A DNA stretch of 64,000 nucleotides. It comes from Eledone cirrhosa (taxonomy: Eukaryota). The notes beneath the pieces were generated by a model. It ran no database searches. It saw only the letters and a program-made list of their open reading frames with translations, and was not told the origin of the DNA. Shown piece by piece: positions 1 through 12,227 of this stretch (positions are counted from its first letter, which is position 1; the number at the start of each line of letters is the position of its first letter). The position numbers were made by a program, and so were the translations under genes. The DNA is taken from the NCBI GenBank assembly GCA_964016885.1, contig OZ024745.1:104532001-104596000 (forward strand), read 5' to 3'.

Positions 1-55
1 GTATATATATATATATAAACACACACACACACACACACAAACATATATGTATCAG

Positions 56-740
56 CATCATCATCATCGTTTAACATTCATTTTTCCATGCTAGCATGGG
101 CTACACGAGTTGTCCTTTTATGAAACTGTGACTTGCTCATACAGAAATATTTCTGGCTTGGTTTCTATGGCTGAATGCACTTCTTAAAGTCAACCACATT
201 TACTGTGTGGACTGAGTGCTTTATGTCATGTCACCAAGGTTGGGCTGTGTGCTTTTTGTTATGTCACCATCATGACCACTTTACAGAGTGGACTAGGCAT
301 TTATTGTCATGTAGCTGCCATAACCACTCTGCAGGGTAGACTGGATGGCTTTGTTGTGTCAATAACATAATCACCTTACAGAGCAGACAGGATGTCCTTT
401 TTGTGTCACAAACCTGACCACTCAACAGGGTGAACTAGGTACCTTCTGTCATGCCACAAACACAACTACTTTACAAAGTGGACTGGGTGCCTCATGCCAC
501 ATCCTCAACCTTACAGGGTGGACTGGATGCTTTATTTGTCATGTCACCAGCACAACTACCTTGCAGGGAGGCCTAGGGGCTCTTTTGTCATATTACCTTA
601 CAAGGAAGACAAGGTGCTCTTTTGTCATGGCACCAACATGAGCATCTTACATGGTGAACTAGGGGCTTTTGTTGTGTTACCAGTATGACAATCTTACAAG
701 GTGGACTGAGAGCTTTCAGCCACCCCAGCAGCACTGTAAG
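56..740 (-). mobile_element. Non-autonomous RTE-tailed short element with internal ~48-bp tandem array (about 11 diverged units)
   Basis: Starts with CATCATCATCATCGTTTAACATTCATTTTTCCATGCTAGCATGGG, the reverse of the (GAT)n tail/hairpin also ending the RTE at 12228. Repeated ACCACTTTACAGAGTGGACTGGGTGC units run ~190-740. Confidence 0.75.
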
Positions 741-1129
741 GGAGCTTTCCATCTTGTATACATGAATTGGTAAAGAGAGGTGCATCAGATGTGGGAAATG
801 GTGGTGGGGAAGGGGTGTGTGTATGTAGGGTGATGATTGGAGAGGTAGGTCTAGAGTGGGGTAGGGGTTGCTTGTATGCAGGGTGGTCATTGGAGAGGTA
901 GTTCTAGGGTGGGGGTACTTAGTTGGTGAAGGGTGGAGTGTTAAGACATAGGAGGAGTATAGAAGGGAGAGAAGTGATGCATACAAGAGACCACTAGATG
1001 TTGCTTCATCCCATTCACATAAAAAGGCAGGTCTTCTGCAGTACTGTACAACACCAGAGATAGCGATCCTGTGTCATCACCTTTGAGAAGGGTAATAGTC
1101 TGAGGTCAGCTTCTATCACCTTGTCCCAA

Positions 1130-1460
1130 ATTTTTCCTAGTTCTTCCTATTCCATAGCTTCCATCAACTTTGAGCAGCCTGCACCTTTTTATACAGCTGT
1201 CATCCTTCATATGTATCACATGTCCATACCACCACAATCTTTTCTCCTGCACACTGCATCTGATCCCACTTATGTACAGTTTCTCTCTTAGTTCATTTAC
1301 GCTTTACCAGTCATGTTTATTACTATTACACATCTATCGGAGCATGCAAGCTTCATTTCTTTCCAGTCTTCATAGGTCCTCTACACACAGCACTCAGGTA
1401 TTGCTGCCATGCAGCATTGCTGGTCGTATACAAACATCATACAATCTGACCTTCATTTTG
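1130..1460 (-). mobile_element. Degenerate RTE LINE 3' fragment
   Basis: Visibly similar to 12400-12700 of the RTE (ATCACATGTCCATACCACC, CCATGCAGCAT..., CATCATACAA). Confidence 0.7.
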
Positions 1461-1539
1461 ATATATATACATGCACACACATACATATATATACACACAC
1501 ACACATATATATATGTATAAAATAAATGGATCTCCATTT

Positions 1540-1870
1540 GCTTCTAAGACAAGTATTCACTTATTCAATCAACCAAGCTGCCTGCTAATTGAATTAGCAT
1601 GTAAGTGGACAAGTATTCCTTAGACACAAATACCCTTAATGTAATCTTTAGGCAGAACTAGCAAATCAGAAAGACACACTGTGATAAGGCTGGCACTTTG
1701 AATTACAGGTTTAGTACGCCTAACAGACTTCCACACATTTTCAATCAATCTAATTTAACACACAAGGTTATGGTAAAAGACACTTGTGGAAGATGTCTCA
1801 CCATGCAGTAGGATGGAACCCAGAGGCTTGTGATTGCGAAGGGAACTTATCAATCACTCAGCCATGTCTG
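1540..1870 (-). mobile_element. Old tRNA-derived SINE (second family)
   Basis: The reverse strand begins CATGGCTGAGTGATTGATAAG...GGGTTCCATCC (A/B-box like). A related copy lies at ~59720-59870 on +. Confidence 0.5.
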
Positions 1871-1892
1871 TGTCTGTGTCTGTATATATATA

Positions 1893-3011
1893 ATTGGTGT
1901 TGGATGCTTAAAGCGTCCGTATGAGGTAGGCCGTATGAGCACTCGATATTTTCATAGAGCAGAGTATGATATCACAGAAAAAAAAAGAATCAGCGTTGCG
2001 ACGAAAAGGGATTCATTGGACATATTACAATCGTTTCTCTGGCGACAAGCTCGAGGCACGATTGATGTGATGATCGAACCTGACTCTGAAAATCACAAGG
2101 TCCTCAGATACGTCTTGATTCTACGAAGCAGATTTTCCTATGTCTTTTTACATCGATATACTTCGCTTGTCGGCTAAGATCCTGTTGTTGTCATTCTATG
2201 AGTGGTCAAGAATTGTACACATCATCGGTATTTCTAGCCACTCATGGTTGTCCACTATTTGGTTCCTTTCATTCTCCACCTGTCAATCAAATTTGTTTCT
2301 TAGGTTGGAATTACTACTGTAGTAGGTAAGGGGTTGTATGCTTGAACTGCTGGCAGCACTTTGACGTCTTCACTGTCTTTAGGCACCCACTTCTACACCG
2401 ATGGCATACACACGCTCAACTGTATTGTATGTGACGATCACCGTAAATAATGTTTGGAGGGAATTGTTAAATCAAATTAGAAAAATATTAGAAAAATATT
2501 TAGCATAACATTTCAAGAACACAGCCTCAGAATACCTTAAAACGTACATATTTCAAAAGGAAACAGAAAAAAACTCTGTACAAGGAATGTTTTTAAATGA
2601 AAAGTTATTTCGAAAGTATTTTTGATAAATATACACATATCTACATTCACACACTGTACTCAGGGAAGTGTGTACATTTAAGACGCTGCAACTATATACA
2701 CAGATGAAAAAAAGAAAGATCTACACATAGGCATTCATACCCTCACACAGACATGTTCATACAATTACATCCACCCAGACATGTGCATACACGTGTGCAT
2801 GCATATCTGCGTGGACGCACATACATACATGCGCATACTTGATGAATACCCTCCCATCTGTGCTCATGGTGCACAAAGTATATGGGACAACGTTCTTGCG
2901 GCTTGGACCCAACCCGATCATGTGGCGATATAAGCCCGAAAGTGCATGCACAATATGCATAAATGTTATAGCCGCATAGTATCCTGCACTAATCACATAT
3001 AACTTGGGTGG

Positions 3012-3015
<4 letters not shown>
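1893..3015 (-). repeat. Unclassified ~1.1 kb interspersed repeat, copy 1 (inverted relative to 3975-5072)
   Basis: 1970-3015 is the reverse complement of 3975-5072 with scattered substitutions and indels. Both ends abut (TA)n. Confidence 0.9.
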
Positions 3016-3058
<43 letters not shown>

Positions 3059-3081
3059 GCCTGTATGTACATAAAATAAAA

Positions 3082-3270
3082 TAATTGTTTCTACTTTAGG
3101 CACAAGGCCAGCAATTACCCAGTACATTACTGGTACTTTATTTTATCGACCCTGTAAGGATGAAAGGCAAAGTTAACCTCGGCAGGATTTGAACTCAGAC
3201 TGTAAAGGGACGTAACTATGCTAGAAAACATGGCGTCCAACCCTCTACCGATACTGCCAATTCACCGCCC
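3082..3270 (-). mobile_element. tRNA-derived SINE (young family)
   Basis: The reverse strand has A box TGGCAGTATCGG, B box GAGTTCAAATCC, core GCCTTTCATCCTTAC.GG.TCGATAAAATAAAGTACCAG and tail GAAACAATTATT. Confidence 0.9.
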
Positions 3271-3272
3271 TG

Positions 3273-3413
3273 ATAAAATAAAATAATATAAAATAAAATA
3301 ATATAAATAAAATATAAATAAAATATAAATAAATAAAATAATATAAAATAAAATAATATAAAATAATATAATATAAAATAAAATAAAATAAAATAAAATA
3401 AAATAAAATAAAA
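3273..3413. repeat. (ATAAA)n/(AAAAT)n simple repeat
   Basis: Directly visible. Confidence 0.95.
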
Positions 3414-3974
3414 TGCCTGAAAAAGGAATGTATACATGACAAGGATGCAGAGGGGGATCGGACATTATTGGGGTGTGCGTAAAGTTGCATAAAATACTTG
3501 AGGGCTGTGGTGCATATGGTTATATAATATACATGGGGACTGGTGATCTAAGGTACTGGGTAAGAGTCGGCACATGATACAGCTCTCATGGGTGGTGGAC
3601 ACATGGGGACCTTGTGTGCGTACACAAACAAGTTATATATATTGTGGATGTGTGTAACATCCATTTCATAATAGTATATATGAGGTGTACATGTAGTGGA
3701 TGTATACATGGAATATATGGGGTATGTGTTTCATAACAGTATATATGAAATGTACGTGGAATGTATGCATGATTGAAATGTGCCAGTGGCTTGTATTGTA
3801 GGAGTGTATATATCAACGGCAGGCAAAGATAAAATTAACTGTGACATGAACCTTAAGACCAGCATCAGGTCCAGCATCTAAGCTGCAAATTAAACACCAC
3901 GAATCGAAGATCGAAAATCCAAGATTGGGAATTTAAGACCACACAAAGTTGTAGACCATATATATATATATATA

Positions 3975-5072
3975 TGTGCCACCCAAGTTATATGCGATTA
4001 GCGCAAAGATACTATCTGGCTATAACATTTATGCATATTGTGCATGCACTTTCGGGCTTATATTGCCACATGATCGGGTTGGGTCCAAGCCTCAAGGACG
4101 CTGTCCCATATAATACTATGTGCACCACGTGCACAGCTGCACGTGTGTGTACAGATGGGAGGGTATTCATCAAGTATGCGCACTCGATATGAGCATGCGC
4201 GGGCGCATGTATGTGCGTCCATGCAGATATGCATGCGCACGTGTATGCACATGTGTGGGTGGATGTAATTGTATGAACATGTCTGTGTGAGGGTATGAAT
4301 GCCTATGTGTAGATCTTTCTTTTTTTCATCTGTGTATATATGTGCAGCGTCTTAACTATACACACTTCCCTGAGTACAGTGTGTGAGTGTAGATATGTGT
4401 ATATTTATCAAAAATACTTTCGAAATAACTTTTTTTGAAAGGCTGTTCTAAGCATTCATTTAAAAACGTTCCTTGTACAGAGTCTTTTTCTTTTTCCTTT
4501 TGAAATATGTACGTTTTAAGGTATTCTGAGGCTGTGTTCTTGAAACGTTATGCTAAATATTTTTCTAATATTTTTCTAATTTGATTTAAAAATTCCCTCC
4601 AAACATTATTTACGGTGATCGTCACATACAATACAGTTGAGCGTGTGTACGCCATCGGTGTAGAAGTGGGCGCCTAAAGACAGTGAAGATGTCGAAGTTC
4701 AAGCATACAACCCCTTACCTCCAACAGTAGTAATTCCGACCTAAGAAACAAATTTGATTGACAGGTGGAGAATGAAAAGAACCAAATAGTGGACAACCAT
4801 GAGTGGCTAGAAATACCGATGATGTGTACAATTCTTGAGCACTCATACAATGACAACAACAGGATCTAAGCCAACAAGCAAAGTATATCGATGTAAAAGG
4901 ACATAAGAAAATCTGCTTCGTAGAATCAAGACGTATCTGAGGACCTTGTGATTTTCAGAGTCAGGTTCGATCATCACATCGATCGTGCTTCAAGCTGGTC
5001 GCCAGAGAAACGATTGTAATATATCCAATAAATTCCATTCGTCGCAACTCTGATTCTCTTTTTTTCTGTGAT
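3975..5072 (+). repeat. Unclassified ~1.1 kb interspersed repeat, copy 2
   Basis: Begins TGTGCCACCCAAGTTATATG after (TA)n. Reverse complement of 1970-3015. Confidence 0.9.
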
Positions 5073-5556
5073 ATATATGAGTGTGTTTGTGTGTGTGTAT
5101 ACACACACACACAGATACACATACACCCAAATTCATTTTATTTTGCAGTCAGAAAAAAAAAAATTAATTAATCCATTATTTTCAATTTTGAAAGAATGCA
5201 AGAACAGTGTTGCAATCATTTTCATTGCTGAATGGAAAATGAATGATAAATAAACCAACAACACATCAAAATTCTCAGAGAAACCATTGCATTTTTATCA
5301 AAATTAATTTCAAGTAAAAAAAAAACCAATAAAACTGAAGCTAGTAATATCCATCAAACAAAAGCTAGAAAGAAAAATATTTTCAATAAAAACAGAATGT
5401 AAAAAAAAAAAAAGAGTGTTCTATGAGAATGAAATAGATGAGTGTATATCTATATACTTATGAAGAAACACATATCTATGTATTATATTTGTGAGTATGT
5501 ATGTGTAACCTATGGTATTTTATAGTAAGATATTATGATTATTATTATTATTAATA

Positions 5557-5752
5557 AAGGGCAGTGAATTGGCAGTATCGGTAGAGGGTTGGACGCCATG
5601 CTTTCTAGCATAGTTACATCCCTTTACAGTCTGAGTTCAAATCCCACCGAGGTTAACTTTGCCTTTCATCCTTATGGGCTCGATAAAATAAAGTACCAGT
5701 AATGTACTGGGTATTTGCTGGCCTTGTGCCTAAAGTAGAAACAATTATTATT
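5557..5752 (+). mobile_element. tRNA-derived SINE (young family)
   Basis: GGCAGTGAATTGGCAGTATCGGTAGAG...GAGTTCAAATCC...GTAGAAACAATTATTATT, flanked by an ATTATTATTAATAA duplication. Confidence 0.9.
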
Positions 5753-5759
5753 AATAATG

Positions 5760-7027
5760 GTTTCTTTATTGGCCACAAGGGCTAACATGAAGAAAAACAT
5801 TACAGACAGGACAGAACGATACAGGACGATACAAAGTGGGTTTCGGCCGTGTAAAAAAGGTTATAACAAGATAGCAATATCAAAAAAATTCAAACAACAA
5901 AAAATTCAAAAATAGGGGGGAACCTTCCGAGGGTCACTTGTGGCGAAAACCACACAAAAGACCACGGCCACCCTGACCACTAGGGCAAGCACCCTCTCTC
6001 AGACTCGACACTTTCACCCACCTTTCAACAAACTTACTAGAAGACAGCACTTGCTTCTCCACCCCGATTTTCCTCTTCAAGTGAAACTTGAAAAAGTTAA
6101 TCAGGGATTGGCCAAAGAGGAAAGTGTCTGTCTTCAACCCTTTCAACCTTGTCCACCACACAATCTCTTTTGCCATGGCCACCAGGCAGATGAAAACTGC
6201 CTGCCCTTCCTCCCTTTAAAGGAGGATGGCGGAGCTCTCTGCACAATGGACTCAGTCGATAACCGGATCCGTCCTACATGCGACAGCAGCTGTTCGACAT
6301 AGCTCCACAAGTCAGCAATCCTCGGGCACTGAACGAGTGCATGCATCACGGTTTCCTCACCCTGCGCGCATCTCGGACAGGCTCGGCTGACAGCACCTCC
6401 GTGCCTGTAGAGCTTATCCCGAACTGGCAACGCTCCCCGGTAGCACTGCCAGGCCAGGGATTTCTGAAAGTTGTCCATAGGCCCCGGTCTGAAAGTTCTC
6501 CTGAAGAAAGTGATCAGCTGATCGTCTTCGACGCCCAGGGTCTCCCTGAGAACGTTGTTGCTCTTTCCCTCCACTAGCCCTCTATAGAACGCCGAGGTGG
6601 ATGTACCACCGATACTAGTGCCCAGCTGGTAGAGGGCGGTGAGCGCTTGGAGGAGACTTTCCAGCTTCCAAGCGCTATCCCTCGGTCTTTTCCTGTGCAG
6701 CTCCGTCAAGGAGACGAGCTAAGGAAAAGCGCGTCTGGCAAACAGCGACCACACCTGTTCACTGTCAAGGAAGCACCAGAGATGTTGCAGCCTCAGCACA
6801 TGTTTGCGCATCATCAGCCACGGCATGCCTAGTCCTCAACGCAACGGGTGTTGACAGCAAATGAATCGTCTGACCATGGGAGCACGTCCCACAAAAAGCG
6901 GGAGAGAAGGCGCTCCAATTTGGTCAGAGTTGGGCGGGGGCAAGGTACGATGGTCAGGCGGAAGCAGATGACGGACACTATGTACGCATTCGCCACCTCT
7001 ACCCGATCTTTCAGAGACAGACTCCTC
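5760..7027 (-). mobile_element. 5'-truncated, disrupted Tx1/L1-clade LINE (ORF2 C-terminus and 3' UTR)
   Basis: ORF 6143-6709 contains LAWQCYRGALPVRDKL...CPRCAQGEETVMHALVQC (zf-RVT CCHC). Upstream reads SLSLKDRVEVAN...RFLW...GLGMP with stops and frameshifts. The 3' end has AATAAA. Confidence 0.85.
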
Positions 7028-7107
7028 TAATAATGATATCTAGAAGCAAAGGAAACATATACAAAAAGAAAGTGATCATGTCTCTCTCTCTCTATATATA
7101 TATATAT

Positions 7108-7220
7108 AACAAAGGAGTTGTGGTAAGGAACCAGATGGACCATAACGCACCAGAGTACTCAATACGTCCAGAAATAACCGTTGAAACGGCTTGAGCTCTG
7201 CTGTCGCGGTCATACATTTT

Positions 7221-7224
<4 letters not shown>
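7108..7224. mobile_element. Short PLE-like pLTR element, family C (inverted 3' tail plus hammerhead 3' half)
   Basis: Homologous to 27282-27443 and 39019-39210. Contains GAAACGGCTTGAGCTCTGCTGTC and is embedded in (TA)n. Confidence 0.65.
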
Positions 7225-7277
<53 letters not shown>

Positions 7278-7351
7278 TTAAATACATATATATATATTTA
7301 AATACATATATATATATATATTTAAATATATATATATATAAATATATATAT

Positions 7352-7631
7352 AAATGAGGAAGTTATAGTTCACTTGAAGCATTGTGTAATGAGGTATAAA
7401 CGTTTGTCATGCTGACAGGAAATGTCAGCATGACTTGGCAAGATATTTAGAACACTGGTTTAACCGCTTTACTTCCCTCCGAAGAAGAGATATTATCTCG
7501 AAAATTAAGGACATTTAAATAAATCTAAGGTAAATGACGAATTGTGAACAATATCTTTTACATTTGCATTCCTTATTCTATGTCCAAACCTGCATTGTTT
7601 TGGCTTTATTATACATATACAAACGTTTATA
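7352..7631. mobile_element. PLE-like pLTR fragment with degenerate hammerhead core and inverted end
   Basis: CCGAAGA-AGAGATATTATCTC-GAAA at ~7479-7503 followed by AATAAA. TATAAACGTTTGT (7395) and ACAAACGTTTATA (7619) are inverted copies. Hairpin GTCATGCTGACA..TGTCAGCATGAC. Confidence 0.5.
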
Positions 7632-7716
7632 TATATAAATATATATATACATATATATAAACATATATATATATATCCATACATATATACATCCATATAT
7701 ACATACATATATATAC

Positions 7717-7754
<38 letters not shown>

Positions 7755-7782
7755 ACATACATATATATATATATATACATAC

Positions 7783-7816
<34 letters not shown>

Positions 7817-7822
7817 ACATAC

Positions 7823-7853
<31 letters not shown>

Positions 7854-7890
7854 CATACATACATATATATACATATATATATATATATAC

Positions 7891-7924
<34 letters not shown>

Positions 7925-8468
7925 ACATACATATATATACATATATATATATATACATACATACATATATATACATATATATATATATATACATACATAC
8001 ATATATATACATATATATATATATATACATACATACATATATATACATATATATATATATACATACATACATATATATACATATATATATATATATATAC
8101 ATACATACATATACATATATATATATATACATACATATACATATATATATATACATACATACATATACATATATATATATATACATACATACATATACAT
8201 ATATATATATATACATACATACATATACATATATATATATATACATACATACATATACATATATATACATACATACATATACATATATATACATACATAC
8301 ATATACATATATATACATACATACATATACATATATATACATACATATACATATATATATATATACATACATACATATACATATATATAAATACATACAT
8401 ATACATATATATACATACATATACATATATATATATATACATACATACATATACATATATATATATAC
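7628..8468. repeat. Compound (TA)n/(TACA)n microsatellite, ~840 bp
   Basis: Directly visible. Confidence 0.98.
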
Positions 8469-10239
8469 AAACAATACTGCTCTATTTTCAGCAATCCTGA
8501 TATGGCCGATCTGGGCTGTATCGGCGATGTTACTCCCCATTACACCTTATCGGACATAACGTTTGGCGCCCCTGATGTCTTGGCGGCAATAAAGGAAATC
8601 AAGCATAATTCAGCAGTAGGTCCCGATAGGTTCCCTGCTTGTGTCCTGAAGGCGTGTCAACACCAACTTGCTTCTCCTCTTGCCAATCTGTGGCGGAACT
8701 CACTGGATGCTGGATATGTGCCAGAAAACCTTCTATCCCAGTCTGTTGTCCCAGTTTTCAAAAAGGGAAACAAGTCCCTTGCCGTGAATTACCGTCCAAT
8801 CTCACTCACCTCTCATATCATTAAGGTATTTGAGCGAGTGGTGAGATCGCGAATGACCCACTTCCTTGAGAGTAACAATATGCTGAACTCCAACCAGCAT
8901 GGATTCCGTAATGGAAGGGATTGCCTGACGCAACTACTGCATCACTTTGATGACATTTTGAGAGCCTTGGGAGAGGGTTCCAACACTGATGTTATCTACC
9001 TTGATTTCAGCAAGGCCTTTGACAGGGTTGATCATAACATTCTACTGAGAAAGCTGTCCAATATTGGTGTCACTGGAAAGCTGCTGCAGTGGATCAAGAG
9101 CTTCCTGTCAAACAGAACCCAACATGTTGTAGTTGAGGGAGTCAAATCAAGCCCAGCCAAAGTCAGTAGTGGAGTCCCACAAGGCACTGTGTTGGGCCCA
9201 CTTCTCTTCATCATCTATATTAATGACATCACTGACATCATCAAACACAGCAACATTAAAATTTTCGCTGATGATTCCAAGCTCCAAAAGGTCATCAATG
9301 GCGTGGATGACCGGATAAGCCTTCAGTCAGACCTACTGGCTGTTACCCAATGGGCAGAAAAGAACAACATGTTACTGAACGAGGACAAATTCGAACTGAT
9401 CCACTTTGGAAAAGAGGATGCTCTGAAACTCCCGTACTCCCTTCCCTCCGGGGAAACTCTCGTGGCATCTACCAACATCAGAGACTTGGGAGTAACCGTG
9501 GACAGCAACATAAGCTGGACCACGCATATAAGCAGCAAAGTTGACATGGCCCGCAGAATGTGTTCCTGGATCCTCAGAACCTTCCAGTCGAGAGATTCCC
9601 GCACCATTATCCTTCTCTTCTCTACTTTCGCCCGACCACACCTTGAATACTGTTGTCCACTGTGGTCTCCCCACACGAAACAAAGTATCATGAAACTTGA
9701 AGCTCCTCAAAGGGCAATCACGAAAAAGATAGATGGCATGTCAGACCTTGACTACTGGGGTCGATTGGAAAACCTGAAACTTTACTCACTCCAACGTCGC
9801 CGTGAGCGTTATATTATCTGCATGATGTGGAAAATGTTCCATCATCACTGCCCAAATGATGTTGGCATCGCCTTCAAGATACACCCAAGGCTTGGGCCCC
9901 GTGCTATCCGTCCCATTCAAAAATCTAAATCGCAACTCATAACAACAATACGGCACAATTATTTCACCTCAATCGGCCCTGCTCTCTTCAACATCACACC
10001 AGGACACGTCAAAACAGAAACTGACCACTCAAAATTCAAGAAGTCTTTGGACAAATTCCTCCAAGTAATCCCGGACAAACCACCCACACCCGGATATGTC
10101 TCCGCAAACAGTAATTCTCTTCTCGAATGGGCCATGGTGCCCAAATCCTGAATTGAAAGACTTCGCCAGGTGGTGCTATTAAGTTAGACATGGCCTGGGC
10201 CAATACTGGCCAAAACATTTCAAAGTTATTCAAAGTTAC

Positions 10240-10240
<1 letters not shown>
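8469..10240 (+). mobile_element. Young 5'-truncated CR1-group LINE
   Basis: An uninterrupted reading frame runs from 8469 to the stop at 10151, followed by a short 3' UTR with a GGCC hairpin and a TTCAAAGTTA tandem tail. Flanked by microsatellite on both sides. Confidence 0.9.
8502..10151 (+). CDS. Non-LTR retrotransposon reverse transcriptase (CR1 group), N-terminally truncated ORF2
   Basis: [71 protein letters not shown]. No endonuclease domain. Confidence 0.93.
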   Translation: MADLGCIGDVTPHYTLSDITFGAPDVLAAIKEIKHNSAVGPDRFPACVLKACQHQLASPLANLWRNSLDAGYVPENLLSQSVVPVFKKGNKSLAVNYRPISLTSHIIKVFERVVRSRMTHFLESNNMLNSNQHGFRNGRDCLTQLLHHFDDILRALGEGSNTDVIYLDFSKAFDRVDHNILLRKLSNIGVTGKLLQWIKSFLSNRTQHVVVEGVKSSPAKVSSGVPQGTVLGPLLFIIYINDITDIIKHSNIKIFADDSKLQKVINGVDDRISLQSDLLAVTQWAEKNNMLLNEDKFELIHFGKEDALKLPYSLPSGETLVASTNIRDLGVTVDSNISWTTHISSKVDMARRMCSWILRTFQSRDSRTIILLFSTFARPHLEYCCPLWSPHTKQSIMKLEAPQRAITKKIDGMSDLDYWGRLENLKLYSLQRRRERYIICMMWKMFHHHCPNDVGIAFKIHPRLGPRAIRPIQKSKSQLITTIRHNYFTSIGPALFNITPGHVKTETDHSKFKKSLDKFLQVIPDKPPTPGYVSANSNSLLEWAMVPKS

Positions 10241-11782
<1,542 letters not shown>

Positions 11783-11909
11783 ATGTAGGAGGTGAGTTTT
11801 ATTGTAGTACAATAAAGCAATGCAGATATCGGATAATAGCACTCTACAGTTTGTAGGACTGGAGTATAAATAATATATAAGATCAAAAGATGGTTAAAAG
11901 TGTTCCATG

Positions 11910-11980
11910 TATTTTATTATGCGCATTTCAAAAACAAATATCATCATGCGATGACATCTGCGTTTTCATCAGATAAAATA
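11910..11980 (-). ncRNA. Type I hammerhead ribozyme (minimal, palindromic stem III)
   Basis: UAUUUUAU-CUGAUGA-[AAACGCAGAUGUCAUC GCAU GAUGAUAUUUGUUUUU]-GAAA-UGCGCA-UA-AUAAAAUA: 8-bp stem I, long stem II and AUGCGCAU stem III. Confidence 0.8.
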
Positions 11981-12098
11981 GGGAGACATGATATGAAGGT
12001 TAAAAAACACTTGTGAATAGTGCAGTTTTAAATCAACATATGTTGATTTAAAACTGCACTATTCACAAGTGTTTTTTAACCTTCATATCATGTCTCCC

Positions 12099-12169
12099 TA
12101 TTTTATCTGATGAAAATGCAAATGTCATCGCATGATGATATTCGTTTTTGAAATGCACATAATAAAATA
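12099..12169 (+). ncRNA. Type I hammerhead ribozyme, mirror copy
   Basis: TATTTTAT-CTGATGA-stem II-GAAA-TGCACA-TA-ATAAAATA. Confidence 0.72.
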
Positions 12170-12227
12170 CATGGAACTCTTTTAACCATCTTTTGATCTT
12201 ACATATTATATACATACATATATATAT

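Larger units (their letters stand above)
11783..12207. mobile_element. Fold-back PLE-like non-autonomous element with hammerhead ribozymes in both arms
   Basis: Near-perfect palindrome ~11875-12207 centred on CAACATATGTTG (12040). The long arm is homologous to 54655-54870. Confidence 0.85.
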
